From contig CAZBBK010000007.1 in assembly GCA_964490075.1 (NCBI GenBank), positions 1 to 64,000 on the forward strand: a DNA stretch of 64,000 nt, read 5' to 3'. A model generated the notes under the pieces. That model was given only the letters and a program-made list of their open reading frames with translations. It was not told where the DNA came from and made no database searches. The position numbers and the translations under genes are program-made. This document shows, piece after piece, positions 17,599 to 28,528 of the stretch; the first letter of the stretch is position 1; every line of letters starts with the position of its first letter. The stretch comes from an uncultured Gemmatimonadota bacterium. Its GTDB lineage: Bacteria; GCA-2686955.

Positions 17599-19632
17599 AT
17601 GGGCGAAAGAGCGGCACGCCCTCGGGGACCTCCATTGCAACCACACGCCAGAATCGACGAGCTCAAGGCCACCGGTCGTCTGCCCTCGCCCACCGGCGTC
17701 GGCCTGGCGATCATGCGCCTGACGCACGACGAGGACAGCTCCAGCGCCGAGATCGCCAAGGTCATCCAGTCCGACCCGGCCCTGACCGGCCGCCTGCTCC
17801 AACGCGCCAACTCCGTCTCGCACGCGTCGCGCCATGCCGTCGCATCGGTACCCGATGCCCTGGTCCGCCTGGGGCTGCGCGCCGTGGGCCAGCTCGCGCT
17901 CGGCTTCTCGTTGCTCTCCGGCCATCGCCAGGGACGCTGCGAAGCCTTCGATTACGCCGCCTTCTGGTCGTGCTCCCTGGCGGTCGCGGTGGCCGCGGAG
18001 CAGATCGCCCGCGACCGGCGGCTGCGCCGTCACGACGAGCTCTTCGCCTGCGGCCTGCTCGGCCAGATCGGCCGCCTCGGCCTGGCCTGCGTACATCCCG
18101 AGCGCTACTCCAAGCTCCTGGATTCGCGCCCCGACGGCCGTCCCTCGACGCTGCTGCGGCTGGAGCGCGAGCACTTCGGGATCGATCACAACGACCTGGG
18201 GGCGGCCCTGCTCGACGACTGGGGAATCCCCGAAGCGCTGGTGGCGGCGGTGCGCTGCCACGAGACCCTGGCCCCCGCGCCCTCGTCGAGCTCCCCGCCC
18301 GCCGAGAGCGCCGCCGAGATCCTCCACCTGGCACGGGCGCTCGCGAACCACTGCGCGGCGCCCGAGGATCTGCGCAGGCGCCGCACACCGACCCTCTACG
18401 CGCTGGCCGAGCGGCGTGGCATCGGCTCCGAGCGGCTGGCGGCGCTCTGCACCGAGATCGTCCGTGCCTGGCGCGACTGGGGGGAGGGCTTCGAGATCCA
18501 GACCCAGGATCCGGGTCCCCTGGTCGCACCCTCCGAGGGCGGCGCGCCGGCCGCCGACCCCGAAGATCTGATCGCCGACCCGATCGCCGCGCCGGCCTCC
18601 CGGGTGGTCGAGAACGAGCCGCCCTCGCATCCCGCCGCAGCGCCGAGCCCCGAAGGCCGGCGCCAGAAGCTCAGGATCCTGGTCATCGACGACGATCCGG
18701 TGTTGCAGAAGATGGTGCGGCTCCACCTGACCCGGGCGGGACACCAGGTGGAGCAGGCGCTCGACGGTCGCCAGGGCCTGGAGATGATCGTCAAGGAGCT
18801 CCCGGATCTGATTCTGACCGACTGGATGATGCCGGCTCTCGACGGCCTGAAACTGTGTCGCGCGCTGCGCCGCGCCGACACTACGCGCGGCATCTACGTG
18901 ATCATGCTGACCAGCCGCGAGGACGAGGAGAGCATTCTCGAGGCCTTCGAGGCGGGCGCCGACGACTACATCATCAAGCCCTTCCGGCCGCGCTCGCTGA
19001 TCGCACGGATCCGCGCCGGTGAGCGAATCGTCGGTCTCCAGGAGCAGGTGCGCCAAGATCGCGAGAAGATCCAGGAGGTCGCGGCGCGTTTGAGCGTGCT
19101 CAATCGGCGCCTGGAGCAAGTGTCGCTTACCGACTCGCTGACCGAGCTGCCGAATCGCCGCGCCGCCATGAAGCAGCTCGAGCACGCGAGCCGGCACGCC
19201 GCGCGCGGCATGGCGGTCTCGTGCATGATCATCGACATCGATCACTTCAAGATCGTCAACGACACCCGCGGCCACGCGGTCGGCGATCTGGTGCTGCGCG
19301 AGGTCGCGACACTTCTCAAGGCCAATCTGCGCGGCAACGACCAGGTGTTCCGATTTGGCGGCGAGGAGTTCCTGGTGATTTGCGAGGGCACCGAGCTCCG
19401 GCAAGCGACACATCTCGCCGAACGGCTGCGCGAAGCCGTCGCCCGCCGCCCGATCGCTCACGAGTCGGGCAGCGAGCTGGTGACGGTCAGCATCGGTCTC
19501 GCGGAGCTGGGAGCGGACGCGGAGAAGATCGACGACCTGCTCAAGACCGCCGACCGCTGTCTCTACCGGGCCAAGGAGCAAGGGCGGAACCGGGTCTGCT
19601 GGGAGTCGGAGGCGTCCCAGCACCAGGCGTGA
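17599..19632 (+). CDS. Diguanylate cyclase with HDOD and receiver domains
   Basis: HDOD (LPSPTGV, DPALTGRLLQRANS), REC (ILVIDDD, DWMMP), GGDEF (DIDHFKIVND, RGND I-site, RFGGEEF). Confidence 0.92.
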   Translation: MGERAARPRGPPLQPHARIDELKATGRLPSPTGVGLAIMRLTHDEDSSSAEIAKVIQSDPALTGRLLQRANSVSHASRHAVASVPDALVRLGLRAVGQLALGFSLLSGHRQGRCEAFDYAAFWSCSLAVAVAAEQIARDRRLRRHDELFACGLLGQIGRLGLACVHPERYSKLLDSRPDGRPSTLLRLEREHFGIDHNDLGAALLDDWGIPEALVAAVRCHETLAPAPSSSSPPAESAAEILHLARALANHCAAPEDLRRRRTPTLYALAERRGIGSERLAALCTEIVRAWRDWGEGFEIQTQDPGPLVAPSEGGAPAADPEDLIADPIAAPASRVVENEPPSHPAAAPSPEGRRQKLRILVIDDDPVLQKMVRLHLTRAGHQVEQALDGRQGLEMIVKELPDLILTDWMMPALDGLKLCRALRRADTTRGIYVIMLTSREDEESILEAFEAGADDYIIKPFRPRSLIARIRAGERIVGLQEQVRQDREKIQEVAARLSVLNRRLEQVSLTDSLTELPNRRAAMKQLEHASRHAARGMAVSCMIIDIDHFKIVNDTRGHAVGDLVLREVATLLKANLRGNDQVFRFGGEEFLVICEGTELRQATHLAERLREAVARRPIAHESGSELVTVSIGLAELGADAEKIDDLLKTADRCLYRAKEQGRNRVCWESEASQHQA

Positions 19633-19647
19633 ACGCAAGCCCCCACC

Positions 19648-20901
19648 CTACTCGTAATGCAGGGCCTCGATCGGATCCTGGGCCGCCGCCTTGATCGCCG
19701 GATAGACGCCGAAGACCACGCCGATCACGGAGCAGAAGCCGAAGGCGCCCGGGATCCAGGGCAGCGGCACCTGCGCCTCGAGCGGTGTGGTGGAGCGCAC
19801 CAGCAGGGCGATGGCGATGCCGAGCGCGATCCCGACCAGCGCCCCCAGCTCGGTCAATACCACCGCTTCGATCAGGAACTGACGCAACAGGTGGGCACGG
19901 GTGGCGCCGAGGGCCTTGCGCAGGCCGATCTCGCGGGTGCGCTCGGTGACCGAGACCAACATGATGTTCATGATGCCGATTCCGGCCACCAGGAGAGAGA
20001 TCGAGGCGATGCCAAGCGCGGCGGCCGCAATCACCGCACTCATCTCGTTGAACTCGGTGATGAGCGACTCCGACGACCAGATCGCGAAGTCGTTGGGCTC
20101 GCCCGGTGCCAGGCGCCGCAGCGCACGCAAGATCCCCACCACCTCGTCCTGCGCTGCGCCGATTCCCGCCGGCGTGGCGGTCTGAACGGTGATGTTCACC
20201 GAGCGCTGGTCGCCGAAGGCGTCCTGAAAGGCGGTGATCGGAACGACCACGAGGTTGTCCTTGGAGCGGCCGAAGGCGCCGCCGCGCGATTCCAGCACAC
20301 CGATCACCCGATGCGGGCGAGCGCGCACCCGAACCGTGCTGCCGAGCGGATCGGAGTGCGGAAAAAGCCGCTCCACCACGTCGGGCCCCAGCACCACCAC
20401 GCGCCGGTGATACCGCACGTCGTCGGCGCTGATGAAGCGGCCGTGCTCGACGAAGATGCCGTTGGCGGCGGCGTAGGGCTCCTCGGCGCCGGCGATCAGA
20501 ACATTCGGATCGGTGTGGGCGTCGCGGGTCTCGATCATCCCGGTCCAGGAGTAGACCTCGGAAGCCACCGCCTGCACCCGCCGGGCGCGGCGGGCGATCC
20601 CCTCGGCGTGCTCCAGGGTAAGGTCGGGACGGTCGCGGTCGTGGCGATGCTGGCCGGCACCGCCGATCGTGACGGCGCTGTACTTCTGCACCTGGAAGGT
20701 GTTGGCACCCAGCATGCTCAGCTCGTCGGTGACCGAGGATTTGAGCCCCGCCACCATCGCCTGCATGGCGATGATGGTGCCGACGCCGATGATCACCCCG
20801 AGGATGGTCAGGGTGGAGCGCAGCTTGTGGGCCGTCAGGCTGCCGGCCGCGGAGCGCAAGGGCTCGCTCCAGGCCTCCAGACGAGCCACGGCGAAACGCA
20901 T
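19648..20901 (-). CDS. MacB-family ABC transporter permease
   Basis: KLRSTLTILGVIIGV and [27 protein letters not shown]. Confidence 0.92.
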   Translation of the reverse strand: MRFAVARLEAWSEPLRSAAGSLTAHKLRSTLTILGVIIGVGTIIAMQAMVAGLKSSVTDELSMLGANTFQVQKYSAVTIGGAGQHRHDRDRPDLTLEHAEGIARRARRVQAVASEVYSWTGMIETRDAHTDPNVLIAGAEEPYAAANGIFVEHGRFISADDVRYHRRVVVLGPDVVERLFPHSDPLGSTVRVRARPHRVIGVLESRGGAFGRSKDNLVVVPITAFQDAFGDQRSVNITVQTATPAGIGAAQDEVVGILRALRRLAPGEPNDFAIWSSESLITEFNEMSAVIAAAALGIASISLLVAGIGIMNIMLVSVTERTREIGLRKALGATRAHLLRQFLIEAVVLTELGALVGIALGIAIALLVRSTTPLEAQVPLPWIPGAFGFCSVIGVVFGVYPAIKAAAQDPIEALHYE

Positions 20902-22124
20902 CAGTCCCCCCCCTCGGCCAGCGCCGCGACCGGATCGAGCGCCGCGGCCCGGGCCGCCGGGTAGACCCCGAAAATCAGCCCCACCGCCGCCGAGAAGCCG
21001 AGTCCCAGCGACACTCCCTGCAGTGTGACCACGGGGGTCAAGGGGGTGGCCGACTCGAGTCCCCACGCCGCCAGGAACCCGAGCAGCACGCCGATCGCGC
21101 CGCCCACCCCGCTCACCACCACCGATTCGAGCAAGAACTGGCCCAGGATGTGGGCGCGGCGGGCGCCCACCGCCTTCCGGATGCCGATCTCCTTCACCCG
21201 CTCGGTCACCGCCACCAGCATGATGTTCATGATGCCGATGCCGCCGACCAGGAGCGAGATGCCACCGACCACGGTCGCGGTGGTGTAGAGGGCGGCGGTC
21301 AGCGAGCGGTAGAGATTGGTCAAGAGCGACTGCTCGTTGATCGCGAAATCGTCGTCGTCGCCGGGCGCCAGATGACGCACGCGTCGCACGATGCCGCGCA
21401 GCTCGTCGCGCGCCGCCTCGAGGCGGTCGGTGGAGGCGACCTTGACCGCGAGATCGAGCGACCGGCGGCTGCCGAAGTGGCGGGCGAAGGCGCCGATCGG
21501 AACGAATACCTGGGCGTCGCGATCCCAGCCGAGGATCTCGCCCTGCTCCGGGAGCACCCCGACCACGCGGTAGGAGAGCCCGCCGATCTTGATGCGCTCG
21601 CCGAGCGGATCGCGGCCCTCGAAGAGCTGCTGGGCGACATCGGCGCCCACTACACAATTCGACTTGCGGTAGTGCACGTCGCCCGGCATCAGGAAGCGGC
21701 CGCGCTGCGGGTCGGCGTCGAAGACATCGCGGTAGCGCTCGGTGGTGCCGGTGACCGCCACCCCGTCGAGCCAACGGTTGCCGAGGGTGATGCGCGCTTC
21801 GCGGGAGATCAAGGGAGCGAGCGCCTCGATGCTGCGCGCCCGGGCCGCGACCGCGTCGTGCTCGCGCCAGCCCAGGTTTTTGCGGTTGCGTAGGTTCCAC
21901 CAGTCGGCGTCGGGAATCCAGGGGTACTTCTGCACGTAGAGCACGCTCGATCCGATGCCCTCGATCTGCTGCGAAAAGGCGCGGTCGAGACCGGCGATCA
22001 CGGCGCTGATCGCCATCACGGTGGTCACTCCGATCACCACGCCGGTGGTGGTGAGGCTGGCGCGCAGCTTGTTGGCGAAAAGGGCGGCGAGCGCCAGGCG
22101 CAGAGCTTCGACCAGGCCGGTCAA
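20901..22124 (-). CDS. MacB-family ABC transporter permease (second paralog)
   Basis: [16 protein letters not shown] and [28 protein letters not shown]. Confidence 0.92.
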   Translation of the reverse strand: MTGLVEALRLALAALFANKLRASLTTTGVVIGVTTVMAISAVIAGLDRAFSQQIEGIGSSVLYVQKYPWIPDADWWNLRNRKNLGWREHDAVAARARSIEALAPLISREARITLGNRWLDGVAVTGTTERYRDVFDADPQRGRFLMPGDVHYRKSNCVVGADVAQQLFEGRDPLGERIKIGGLSYRVVGVLPEQGEILGWDRDAQVFVPIGAFARHFGSRRSLDLAVKVASTDRLEAARDELRGIVRRVRHLAPGDDDDFAINEQSLLTNLYRSLTAALYTTATVVGGISLLVGGIGIMNIMLVAVTERVKEIGIRKAVGARRAHILGQFLLESVVVSGVGGAIGVLLGFLAAWGLESATPLTPVVTLQGVSLGLGFSAAVGLIFGVYPAARAAALDPVAALAEGGD

Positions 22125-22810
22125 GCCACCAGTCCGTCGACGATGCGCACCACCCGCTGGGCGCGCTCGGCCACGCTCGCCTCGTGGGTCACCAGCACGA
22201 TGGTGTTGTCGTCCGCGTGCAGGCGGCCGAAGAGCTCGAGGATCTCCTCGCCGGTCTTGGTGTCGAGGTTGCCGGTCGGCTCGTCGGCCAGGATGATCGA
22301 GGGGCGGGTGACCAGGGCGCGGGCCACCGCCACGCGCTGGCGCTGCCCGCCGGAGAGCTGATTCGGGCGGTGGTCGGCGCGGTCGCCCAGGCCGACCTGC
22401 TCGAGGGCCTCGCGGGCCCGCGCGCGGCGCTCTTTGAGGGCGATGCCGGCATAGACCAGAGGCAGCTCGACGTTGCGCAAAGCGGATGCCCGCGGCAGCA
22501 AGTTGAAAGTCTGGAAGACGAAGCCGATGCGCCGATTGCGAATCGACGCGAGCTGATCGCCCTGGAGCGCCGAAACATCCTCGCCGTCGAGCAAATAGCG
22601 CCCGGAGCTCGGCGTATCGAGGCAGCCGATCAGGTTCATCAGGGTCGACTTTCCCGACCCCGAGGGCCCCATGATCGCCACGAACTCGCCGGCGCGGATC
22701 TCCAGATCGACCCCGCGCAGCGCCTCGACCTGGACCGAGCCCATGTCGTAGATCCGCTCGATGCCGCGGAGCGCGATCATGACCGCGTCGGGACCGGCGT
22801 CAACGGTCAT
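22121..22810 (-). CDS. ABC transporter ATP-binding protein (MacB/LolD type)
   Basis: [33 protein letters not shown]. Confidence 0.95.
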   Translation of the reverse strand: MTVDAGPDAVMIALRGIERIYDMGSVQVEALRGVDLEIRAGEFVAIMGPSGSGKSTLMNLIGCLDTPSSGRYLLDGEDVSALQGDQLASIRNRRIGFVFQTFNLLPRASALRNVELPLVYAGIALKERRARAREALEQVGLGDRADHRPNQLSGGQRQRVAVARALVTRPSIILADEPTGNLDTKTGEEILELFGRLHADDNTIVLVTHEASVAERAQRVVRIVDGLVA

Positions 22811-24071
22811 CGTCTTGCTCCTGCTCTTGGTCCTGCTCGGAGTCGTCGACCCGCACCCGCTCGCCGTCGTCCAGCGTTCGCGACAAGGTGCGGTAGGGGC
22901 CGGTGATCACCTGCTCCCCCTCCTCCAGGCCGCCGAGGATCTCGAGGTGGGTGTCGCCGGAGATCCCGGTCTCGACCCGGCGTGCTCGGGCCACCCCCTC
23001 CTCGACCACGAAGGCGATCTCGATCAGCTCCTCCAGGTCCTCCTCGCCCTCGCGCTCCGACTCGTCCGCCGGCGGCTCTTCCCAGCGCGCCAGGGTCTCG
23101 GCGGAGCGCGCCGTGATGGCCTGGATCGGCACCGCCAGCGCGGCGTCGCGGCGTTCGCTGTAGACATCGACGGTGGCGCTCATGCCGGGGCGCAGGCCGG
23201 GCTCGCGGGCGCTCAGGTCGGCCCGCACCTCGAACACCGTCGCCGACTCCTGTGTGCCGGCGCCACGGCTCGAGGCCGAGGTGGCGATCTCCCGCACCCG
23301 GCCGGGGAAGACGGTGTCGGGGAAGGCGTCGACCTCCACGCCCACCGAGTCGTCCAGGGAGACGTTGACGATATCGTTCTCGTCGACCTCGAAACGCACC
23401 TCCATGCGGTCGAGATCGGCGACCACCAGCAGCACGTCCTCCTGGAAGTCGGCGCCGAGCGCGATCTCGCCCTGCTCCTTGCGCAGCTCGGTGACGGTGC
23501 CGGTCAAGGGCGACTCGATGGTGGTCTTGGCCAGATCGTCGCTCGCCTGGTCGACGCTTGCCCGGGCGCGGCGCACGTCGTTGCGGGACGCCTCCAGGGT
23601 CGCCGCGCGCACGTCGTGGGTGGCGTGGGCGCTCTCCAAATCGGCGGTCGCCACCAGGCCCCGGCGGGAGAGCTCGGACACCCGGCGGTACTCGGCCTCG
23701 GCCTGGCGCAGATTCGCCCGCGCCAGCTCGACCTGCGTCTCGGCCGACGCCAGGGCGGCCTGAGCCTGCGCCAAGGCGGCCTGATAGCGGGTCGGATCGA
23801 GGCGCACCAACCACTGCCCCGCCGCGACGGAATCGCCGGAGCGCACCGCCAGGCCGACGATGCGTCCGGAGACGTTGGCGCTGATCGAAACCTCGCTGAC
23901 CGGGCGAACCCGTCCGGTGCCGCTGACGATCTGCACCAGGTCGTCGCGCTCGATGGCCTCGGCGTGGACCGGCGTGCCGCGGCGTTCGGCGCGCCGCGTG
24001 CTGGTGAAAGCGGCGGCGGCGATCACCGCGACGCCGGTGATGATCAGTGTCGTGACCAGCCCTTTTTTCAC
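22800..24071 (-). CDS. Periplasmic adaptor / membrane fusion protein (MacA/HlyD family)
   Basis: N-terminal TM, lipoyl halves ([24 protein letters not shown]), coiled hairpin, LRPGMSA. Confidence 0.92.
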   Translation of the reverse strand: MKKGLVTTLIITGVAVIAAAAFTSTRRAERRGTPVHAEAIERDDLVQIVSGTGRVRPVSEVSISANVSGRIVGLAVRSGDSVAAGQWLVRLDPTRYQAALAQAQAALASAETQVELARANLRQAEAEYRRVSELSRRGLVATADLESAHATHDVRAATLEASRNDVRRARASVDQASDDLAKTTIESPLTGTVTELRKEQGEIALGADFQEDVLLVVADLDRMEVRFEVDENDIVNVSLDDSVGVEVDAFPDTVFPGRVREIATSASSRGAGTQESATVFEVRADLSAREPGLRPGMSATVDVYSERRDAALAVPIQAITARSAETLARWEEPPADESEREGEEDLEELIEIAFVVEEGVARARRVETGISGDTHLEILGGLEEGEQVITGPYRTLSRTLDDGERVRVDDSEQDQEQEQDDDR

Positions 24072-25405
24072 CCTTCGCCATCCTGTTCCGCAGCGGACGC
24101 CCAGCTCGCGATCGGCTCCGCGGCCGCCGCCGCCAGCGCGATGCGCGCAAAGAGAAGATCGTAGAGCGCGGTGATGCGATGGGTCTCGGCCGCGCTCCAG
24201 GACGCGGCCGCGACATTACGCTCCAGCAGCGTGCCGGCGCCCACACTGTAGCGCTCCTCGGCCAGGCGCAGCTCCTCTTCCGCGGCGGCCAGGTTGGCGC
24301 CCGACAAGCTCACCCGTTCGGCGGCGTTGGCGAGCGCGAGCCGGGTCCCCGCCACCTCGCGAGCGATCGCACGCTCCAGGCTCTGCACCTGGGCGCGGCG
24401 ATAGACCACCTCGGCCGCGGCGCGCTGCACGCTCGCGGGAGTCGCCAGGCGATCGAAAAGCGGCACCGCCAGCGACAGGCCGACCGAGTAGGAGTCTCCG
24501 GCCCGCAGGTCGTCGATCCCGCCCGGCGGATCGGCGCCGTTCCAGTTGTAGCTGGCGTTCAAATCGAGCGAGGGCGAGTAGCCGGCCAGGGAGATGCGCC
24601 GGCCCGCCTCGGCGGCCCGCACGTCGTCGCGCGCGGCGCGCAGGTCGGCGCGCGTGCGCAGCGCCCGGTCGACCAGGTCGGGGAGCGTGGCGCTCTGCGA
24701 GCCGATCGACTCGACCTCGATCGGAGCCAGCAACCGGCGATCCTGGACCGGCAGCCCGAGGGTGATGTTCAAGGTGTTGCGGGCGTTCTCCAGGGCGTCG
24801 CGCGCATCGAGCTCGGCCAGGCGGTCGGCGCCCAGCTCGCCGCGCTGGCGAAACACATCGACCGGAGGCACACTGCCGACCTCGAGCAGAGCCTGGACCC
24901 GCTCCAACTGCTGCTCGGAGCGCTGCACATCGGTGCGGGCCACGCCGAGCAGCGCCTGCGCCTTGAGCGCGTCGATGAAGTCCCGCGCCGCGACCAGCGC
25001 GACGCTCTGCTGAGCTCGGTCGAGGGCGGCTCCGGCGGCGGACCGACTGGCGTCGCTCTGTGCCAGACCCGCCACGTTGCGAAAGCCGGCGAAGAGCGGC
25101 AGGCTGGCCGAAGCACCGAGAGTGTAGTTCTCGCTCGGCGACGAAAAGGTCTGCCCCATGACCGAGAACGATTGGCTCGGGATGCGCGAATAGCCGGCGC
25201 TGGCGCTCAGGGCGGGCAAGAAAGCGCCGATCGCACCGAGGCGGCCGGCGTTGGCCGCCGCCACCGATTGCCGGTAGCCGGCCAGCTCCGGGCTGCGGGC
25301 GCGCGCCAGCTCGATCGCCGCGTCGAGATCGAGCGGCTCGGCGGACGCGCCGGCGGCGGCGCTGAGAGCGCCGGCCAGGAGCGCCCGCGCGACGATTCCC
25401 TTCAT
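24068..25405 (-). CDS. TolC-family outer membrane efflux protein
   Basis: Signal peptide; two OEP repeats (FLPALSASAGY, YSPSLDLNASY, ERYSVGAGTLLE); operon context. Confidence 0.88.
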   Translation of the reverse strand: MKGIVARALLAGALSAAAGASAEPLDLDAAIELARARSPELAGYRQSVAAANAGRLGAIGAFLPALSASAGYSRIPSQSFSVMGQTFSSPSENYTLGASASLPLFAGFRNVAGLAQSDASRSAAGAALDRAQQSVALVAARDFIDALKAQALLGVARTDVQRSEQQLERVQALLEVGSVPPVDVFRQRGELGADRLAELDARDALENARNTLNITLGLPVQDRRLLAPIEVESIGSQSATLPDLVDRALRTRADLRAARDDVRAAEAGRRISLAGYSPSLDLNASYNWNGADPPGGIDDLRAGDSYSVGLSLAVPLFDRLATPASVQRAAAEVVYRRAQVQSLERAIAREVAGTRLALANAAERVSLSGANLAAAEEELRLAEERYSVGAGTLLERNVAAASWSAAETHRITALYDLLFARIALAAAAAEPIASWASAAEQDGEG

Positions 25406-25424
25406 CGAAGTGCCCTTCTCTCGG

Positions 25425-26129
25425 TCACGCGCCGAGTCCGGAAAAGTACATCGCCGGCACGCCGACGGCGGCGATCCCCAGGAGCCAGACGCCGATGGCC
25501 ACAGCGGCGGCGCGCCCGGTCTCGACACGGTAGATGCGCGACAAGCCGATCGTGACCAGAAACACGGCCCAGATCGCGAAGGGATCGATCGGCGCCAGCA
25601 GGGCCTGGTAGCGGGAGCCCGAATCGACGAAGGCGCCCAGCCCGATCGAGGCGAAGGCGTCGCCGGTGCTCAGCACCAGGGGCACGCGCACCAATCCGCC
25701 GACGACCTTGACCAGAGCCGCCACCGCGCTCATCTCCAGCAGCGCCAGGTAGGGCGGACGGCTGCCGAAGAGCAGGTTGGCCACACCCCAGTAGACCAGC
25801 GCCGCGAGAGCGGCGGTGGCGAGCACCGCGAGCGGCCCGAAGACCAGCCCGGCGCTGCGCTGCACGCCGCGGCTCTGCTCGTAGGCCCGCTCCGCCTCGG
25901 CGACCGACATGCCGGCGCTCTCCATCGTCTGGAGCGCGGCGTCGCGGCCGGCTTCCAGGCTGATGTCCATCGTCAGCACGGTGATCAACACGGTCAAGGC
26001 CATCGCCAGGACGAGGGCCAGCCAGGGCCGTGGCCGGGCGGCGGTGGCGGCGAAGGCCGCGCGCGGATCGCCCACCACCTTCAGCAGGCGGTCGGCGGGG
26101 CTGAGCTGTAGCTGTTCGGAATGGTCCAT
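25425..26129 (-). CDS. Yip1-family membrane protein (YknW-like)
   Basis: VVGDPRAAFAATAARP..W start, about 5 hydrophobic segments, DPFAIW motif; sits upstream of the exporter genes. Confidence 0.75.
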   Translation of the reverse strand: MDHSEQLQLSPADRLLKVVGDPRAAFAATAARPRPWLALVLAMALTVLITVLTMDISLEAGRDAALQTMESAGMSVAEAERAYEQSRGVQRSAGLVFGPLAVLATAALAALVYWGVANLLFGSRPPYLALLEMSAVAALVKVVGGLVRVPLVLSTGDAFASIGLGAFVDSGSRYQALLAPIDPFAIWAVFLVTIGLSRIYRVETGRAAAVAIGVWLLGIAAVGVPAMYFSGLGA

Positions 26130-26213
26130 GTCGTCTCCCAGACCCCTACGCCGAAGGGTCACACGGGGGTTCATCAGATACTGTGCCTGCTACTCCGGCC
26201 GGGGCACGTCGAT

Positions 26214-27071
26214 TCAGTCGACCGGATCGAGAAGCAGCGAGAGATCGAGGGCGGGTGCGGAGTGGGTGAGCGATCCGACCGAGACGAAATCGACGCCAGT
26301 CGCGGCCACGCCGCCCACGGTGCAGAGATCGATCCCGCCGGAGGCTTCCAGGGGCACGCCGCCGGCCGTCAACGCCACCGCATCTCGCAGCAGCTCCAGG
26401 TCGAAGTTGTCCAACATGATGCGTTCCACGCCGAGCGGCAACGCCTCGCGCAGCTCCTCCAGGTTGCGCACCTCGACTTCGATCGCCAGATCCGGCACGT
26501 GGGCGCGGGCCGCCTCGACGGCGGCGCCGATCCCGCCGGCGGCGGCGATGTGGTTCTCTTTCAGGAGCACCATGTCGTGCAATCCGATGCGGTGGTTGGA
26601 TGCGCCGCCGCAGCGCACCGCGTATTTCGCCAGGTGGCGCAGCCCCGGGACGGTCTTGCGGGTATCGAGCACGCGGCAGGCGTGGCCCTCGACGGCCTCC
26701 ACGAAGCGCGCCGCGAGGGTGGCGATGCCGCCGAGGTGGCCGAGCAGGTTGAGGGCCGTTCGCTCGCGAGCGAGCAGCTCCGAGAGCGGGCCGCGCAGCA
26801 GCAGCAAGACCTGCCCCCGGGCGACCGCTTCGCCGTCGGCGCAGCGCGGCTCGGCGACCAGCCCCCCCTCTTCGAAGAAGGGCGCGGCCCCTTGCATCCC
26901 CGCCACCACGCCCGCCGCACGCGCCACCACGCGGCCCCGGCCGCGGGCATCAGGCGCCAGTACGGCGTCGCTGGTGACGTCGCCCCGCTCTCCCAGGTCG
27001 CGCACCAGCGCGGCGTTCATCAAGGCCAAGGCCTCGGCTTCGAGGTCGGGATTCCAGGTCGGGTGGCTCAT
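26214..27071 (-). CDS. nadC: Quinolinate phosphoribosyltransferase
   Basis: ERTALNLL, DTRKTVPGLR, HRIGLHDMVLLKENH, IMLDNF, EASGGI, SVGSLTHSA. Confidence 0.96.
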   Translation of the reverse strand: MSHPTWNPDLEAEALALMNAALVRDLGERGDVTSDAVLAPDARGRGRVVARAAGVVAGMQGAAPFFEEGGLVAEPRCADGEAVARGQVLLLLRGPLSELLARERTALNLLGHLGGIATLAARFVEAVEGHACRVLDTRKTVPGLRHLAKYAVRCGGASNHRIGLHDMVLLKENHIAAAGGIGAAVEAARAHVPDLAIEVEVRNLEELREALPLGVERIMLDNFDLELLRDAVALTAGGVPLEASGGIDLCTVGGVAATGVDFVSVGSLTHSAPALDLSLLLDPVD

Positions 27072-27237
27072 CGTTTGTCTCTGGTGACTTCGAGCTGTCG
27101 CCCCGCAGCGCGGGCCGCGTTATCCTGCGAAGGTGGGAGCTTTGGCGCGCGGGTCGCGAGCCGGGGGCGGCGCGACCGGCTCGGGGGACCCATGCGCGGG
27201 CGCCGCTCTCAGCTTCGATCGAATCGAGAGGTCAAGG

Positions 27238-28518
27238 ATGCAACAACGGAGCGGAACGCTCTACACCTACGAAGCACCGGTCCAAAGCCGGCGGCGACTC
27301 TCGCGGATCGCGGTAGAGTCGCTCGAGGGGGCGCCCTGGGAGGGTTCCTTCCGCCTATTCTTGAACTGCCGGACCGAGTGCGAGGGGCACCTGGTGGTGC
27401 GAGTGGGGACGTGGGAGGAGCGGATTCCGCTCGATGCCGGGACGCAGCGGCGGGTGGTGACGATTCCGGGACGGGCTCCGCAGGGCCGCGATGCCGTGCG
27501 GCTGCGTTTCTCGATCGAGCGCTCGAGCCTGCTGCGGCCCTGGGCATCGGAATCGAAGCTGAAGTGGGTCTTTGACGAGACCTGGGAGCTGCAGGCGGTT
27601 GCGCCGGTCGAGGACGACGCAGTGGAGGAGCGCTTGCACGCGGCGGCCAACACCGGCATCGCGCCCGACACCGAGCCCGGGCTCTTGCCGGCGCGGCGCC
27701 AACCGCCGCCGGTGGAGACCTTGCTCGCGGAATGGCGCACCCGCGCCGACGATGCCGAGGGCGAGACGGCACCCTCGCCCTTCGAGGCCTTCATGCCGGA
27801 GGAGGCGGAGGACCAGGGGACGGGACCGGATCAGGCAGCGGCCGCGGCGGCGGTGGCGAATCCCGCGGACGCGGAGAGCGTTCCTTCCGGCGGCGCCACG
27901 ACCAGTGTCAAGAACACGCCGCCGGCGCCCTCTCCCTGGGTGATGGATGAGCTCGACGAGGCGCAGCTGGAGGAGCTGGAGGCGGTCGCCGAGGCGGCGG
28001 TCGTCGCGGAGGAGGTGGGCGAGACTCCTTTGGCGATCGAAAAAGCCGGGCAGATCGAGCCGCTCGAGTTCTTCGCGGTCGAGAACGACGAGGCGGCGGC
28101 GGTCGGCATCTTCGACGCGGACCCGCCCCGAACCGACCTCGAGGCCAGCGGCGAGACGCTGCCGCGGGAGCAGGAGACCGACCCGAGCGAGCCGCCGGTG
28201 TCGATCGAAGCAGAGATCGAGCCGATCGAGGAGGCGCTCGCCAAGGTGCTGGGCGGCAGCGAACCGAGCCCCCTCGTGGCGGCCGAGCCCAACTCCGGGA
28301 GCGCGCCGCAAGAGGCCGCGGAAGCGGCGCGGCTCTCGCAGAGCGAGGGTCTCCGCGGCGAGCTCGAGCACTTGGTCCGCGAGGGAGGGCTGGTCCTGGA
28401 GCAGGCCGACGCCAGGCTCGATCGCATCGAGAGCCAGGTGCGCCGAGAGCTGGGCGAAATGCGCGCGGAGATGGCGCGCTTGCGCGAGCTGCTGGAGACG
28501 CTGCGGGAGCGCGTCTAG
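27238..28518 (+). CDS. Hypothetical protein: N-terminal globular domain, acidic Pro/Ala/Glu-rich linker, C-terminal coiled coil
   Basis: Genome-like codon usage, fills the gap between flanking genes, ATG at 27238 after AAGG. No family recognised. Confidence 0.7.
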   Translation: MQQRSGTLYTYEAPVQSRRRLSRIAVESLEGAPWEGSFRLFLNCRTECEGHLVVRVGTWEERIPLDAGTQRRVVTIPGRAPQGRDAVRLRFSIERSSLLRPWASESKLKWVFDETWELQAVAPVEDDAVEERLHAAANTGIAPDTEPGLLPARRQPPPVETLLAEWRTRADDAEGETAPSPFEAFMPEEAEDQGTGPDQAAAAAAVANPADAESVPSGGATTSVKNTPPAPSPWVMDELDEAQLEELEAVAEAAVVAEEVGETPLAIEKAGQIEPLEFFAVENDEAAAVGIFDADPPRTDLEASGETLPREQETDPSEPPVSIEAEIEPIEEALAKVLGGSEPSPLVAAEPNSGSAPQEAAEAARLSQSEGLRGELEHLVREGGLVLEQADARLDRIESQVRRELGEMRAEMARLRELLETLRERV

Positions 28519-28528
28519 TGGCCCACTA

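Noticed and set aside
17599-19632. HDOD-REC-GGDEF architecture as novel
   Set aside because: This domain combination is already known in signalling-rich bacteria, and the motifs are canonical.
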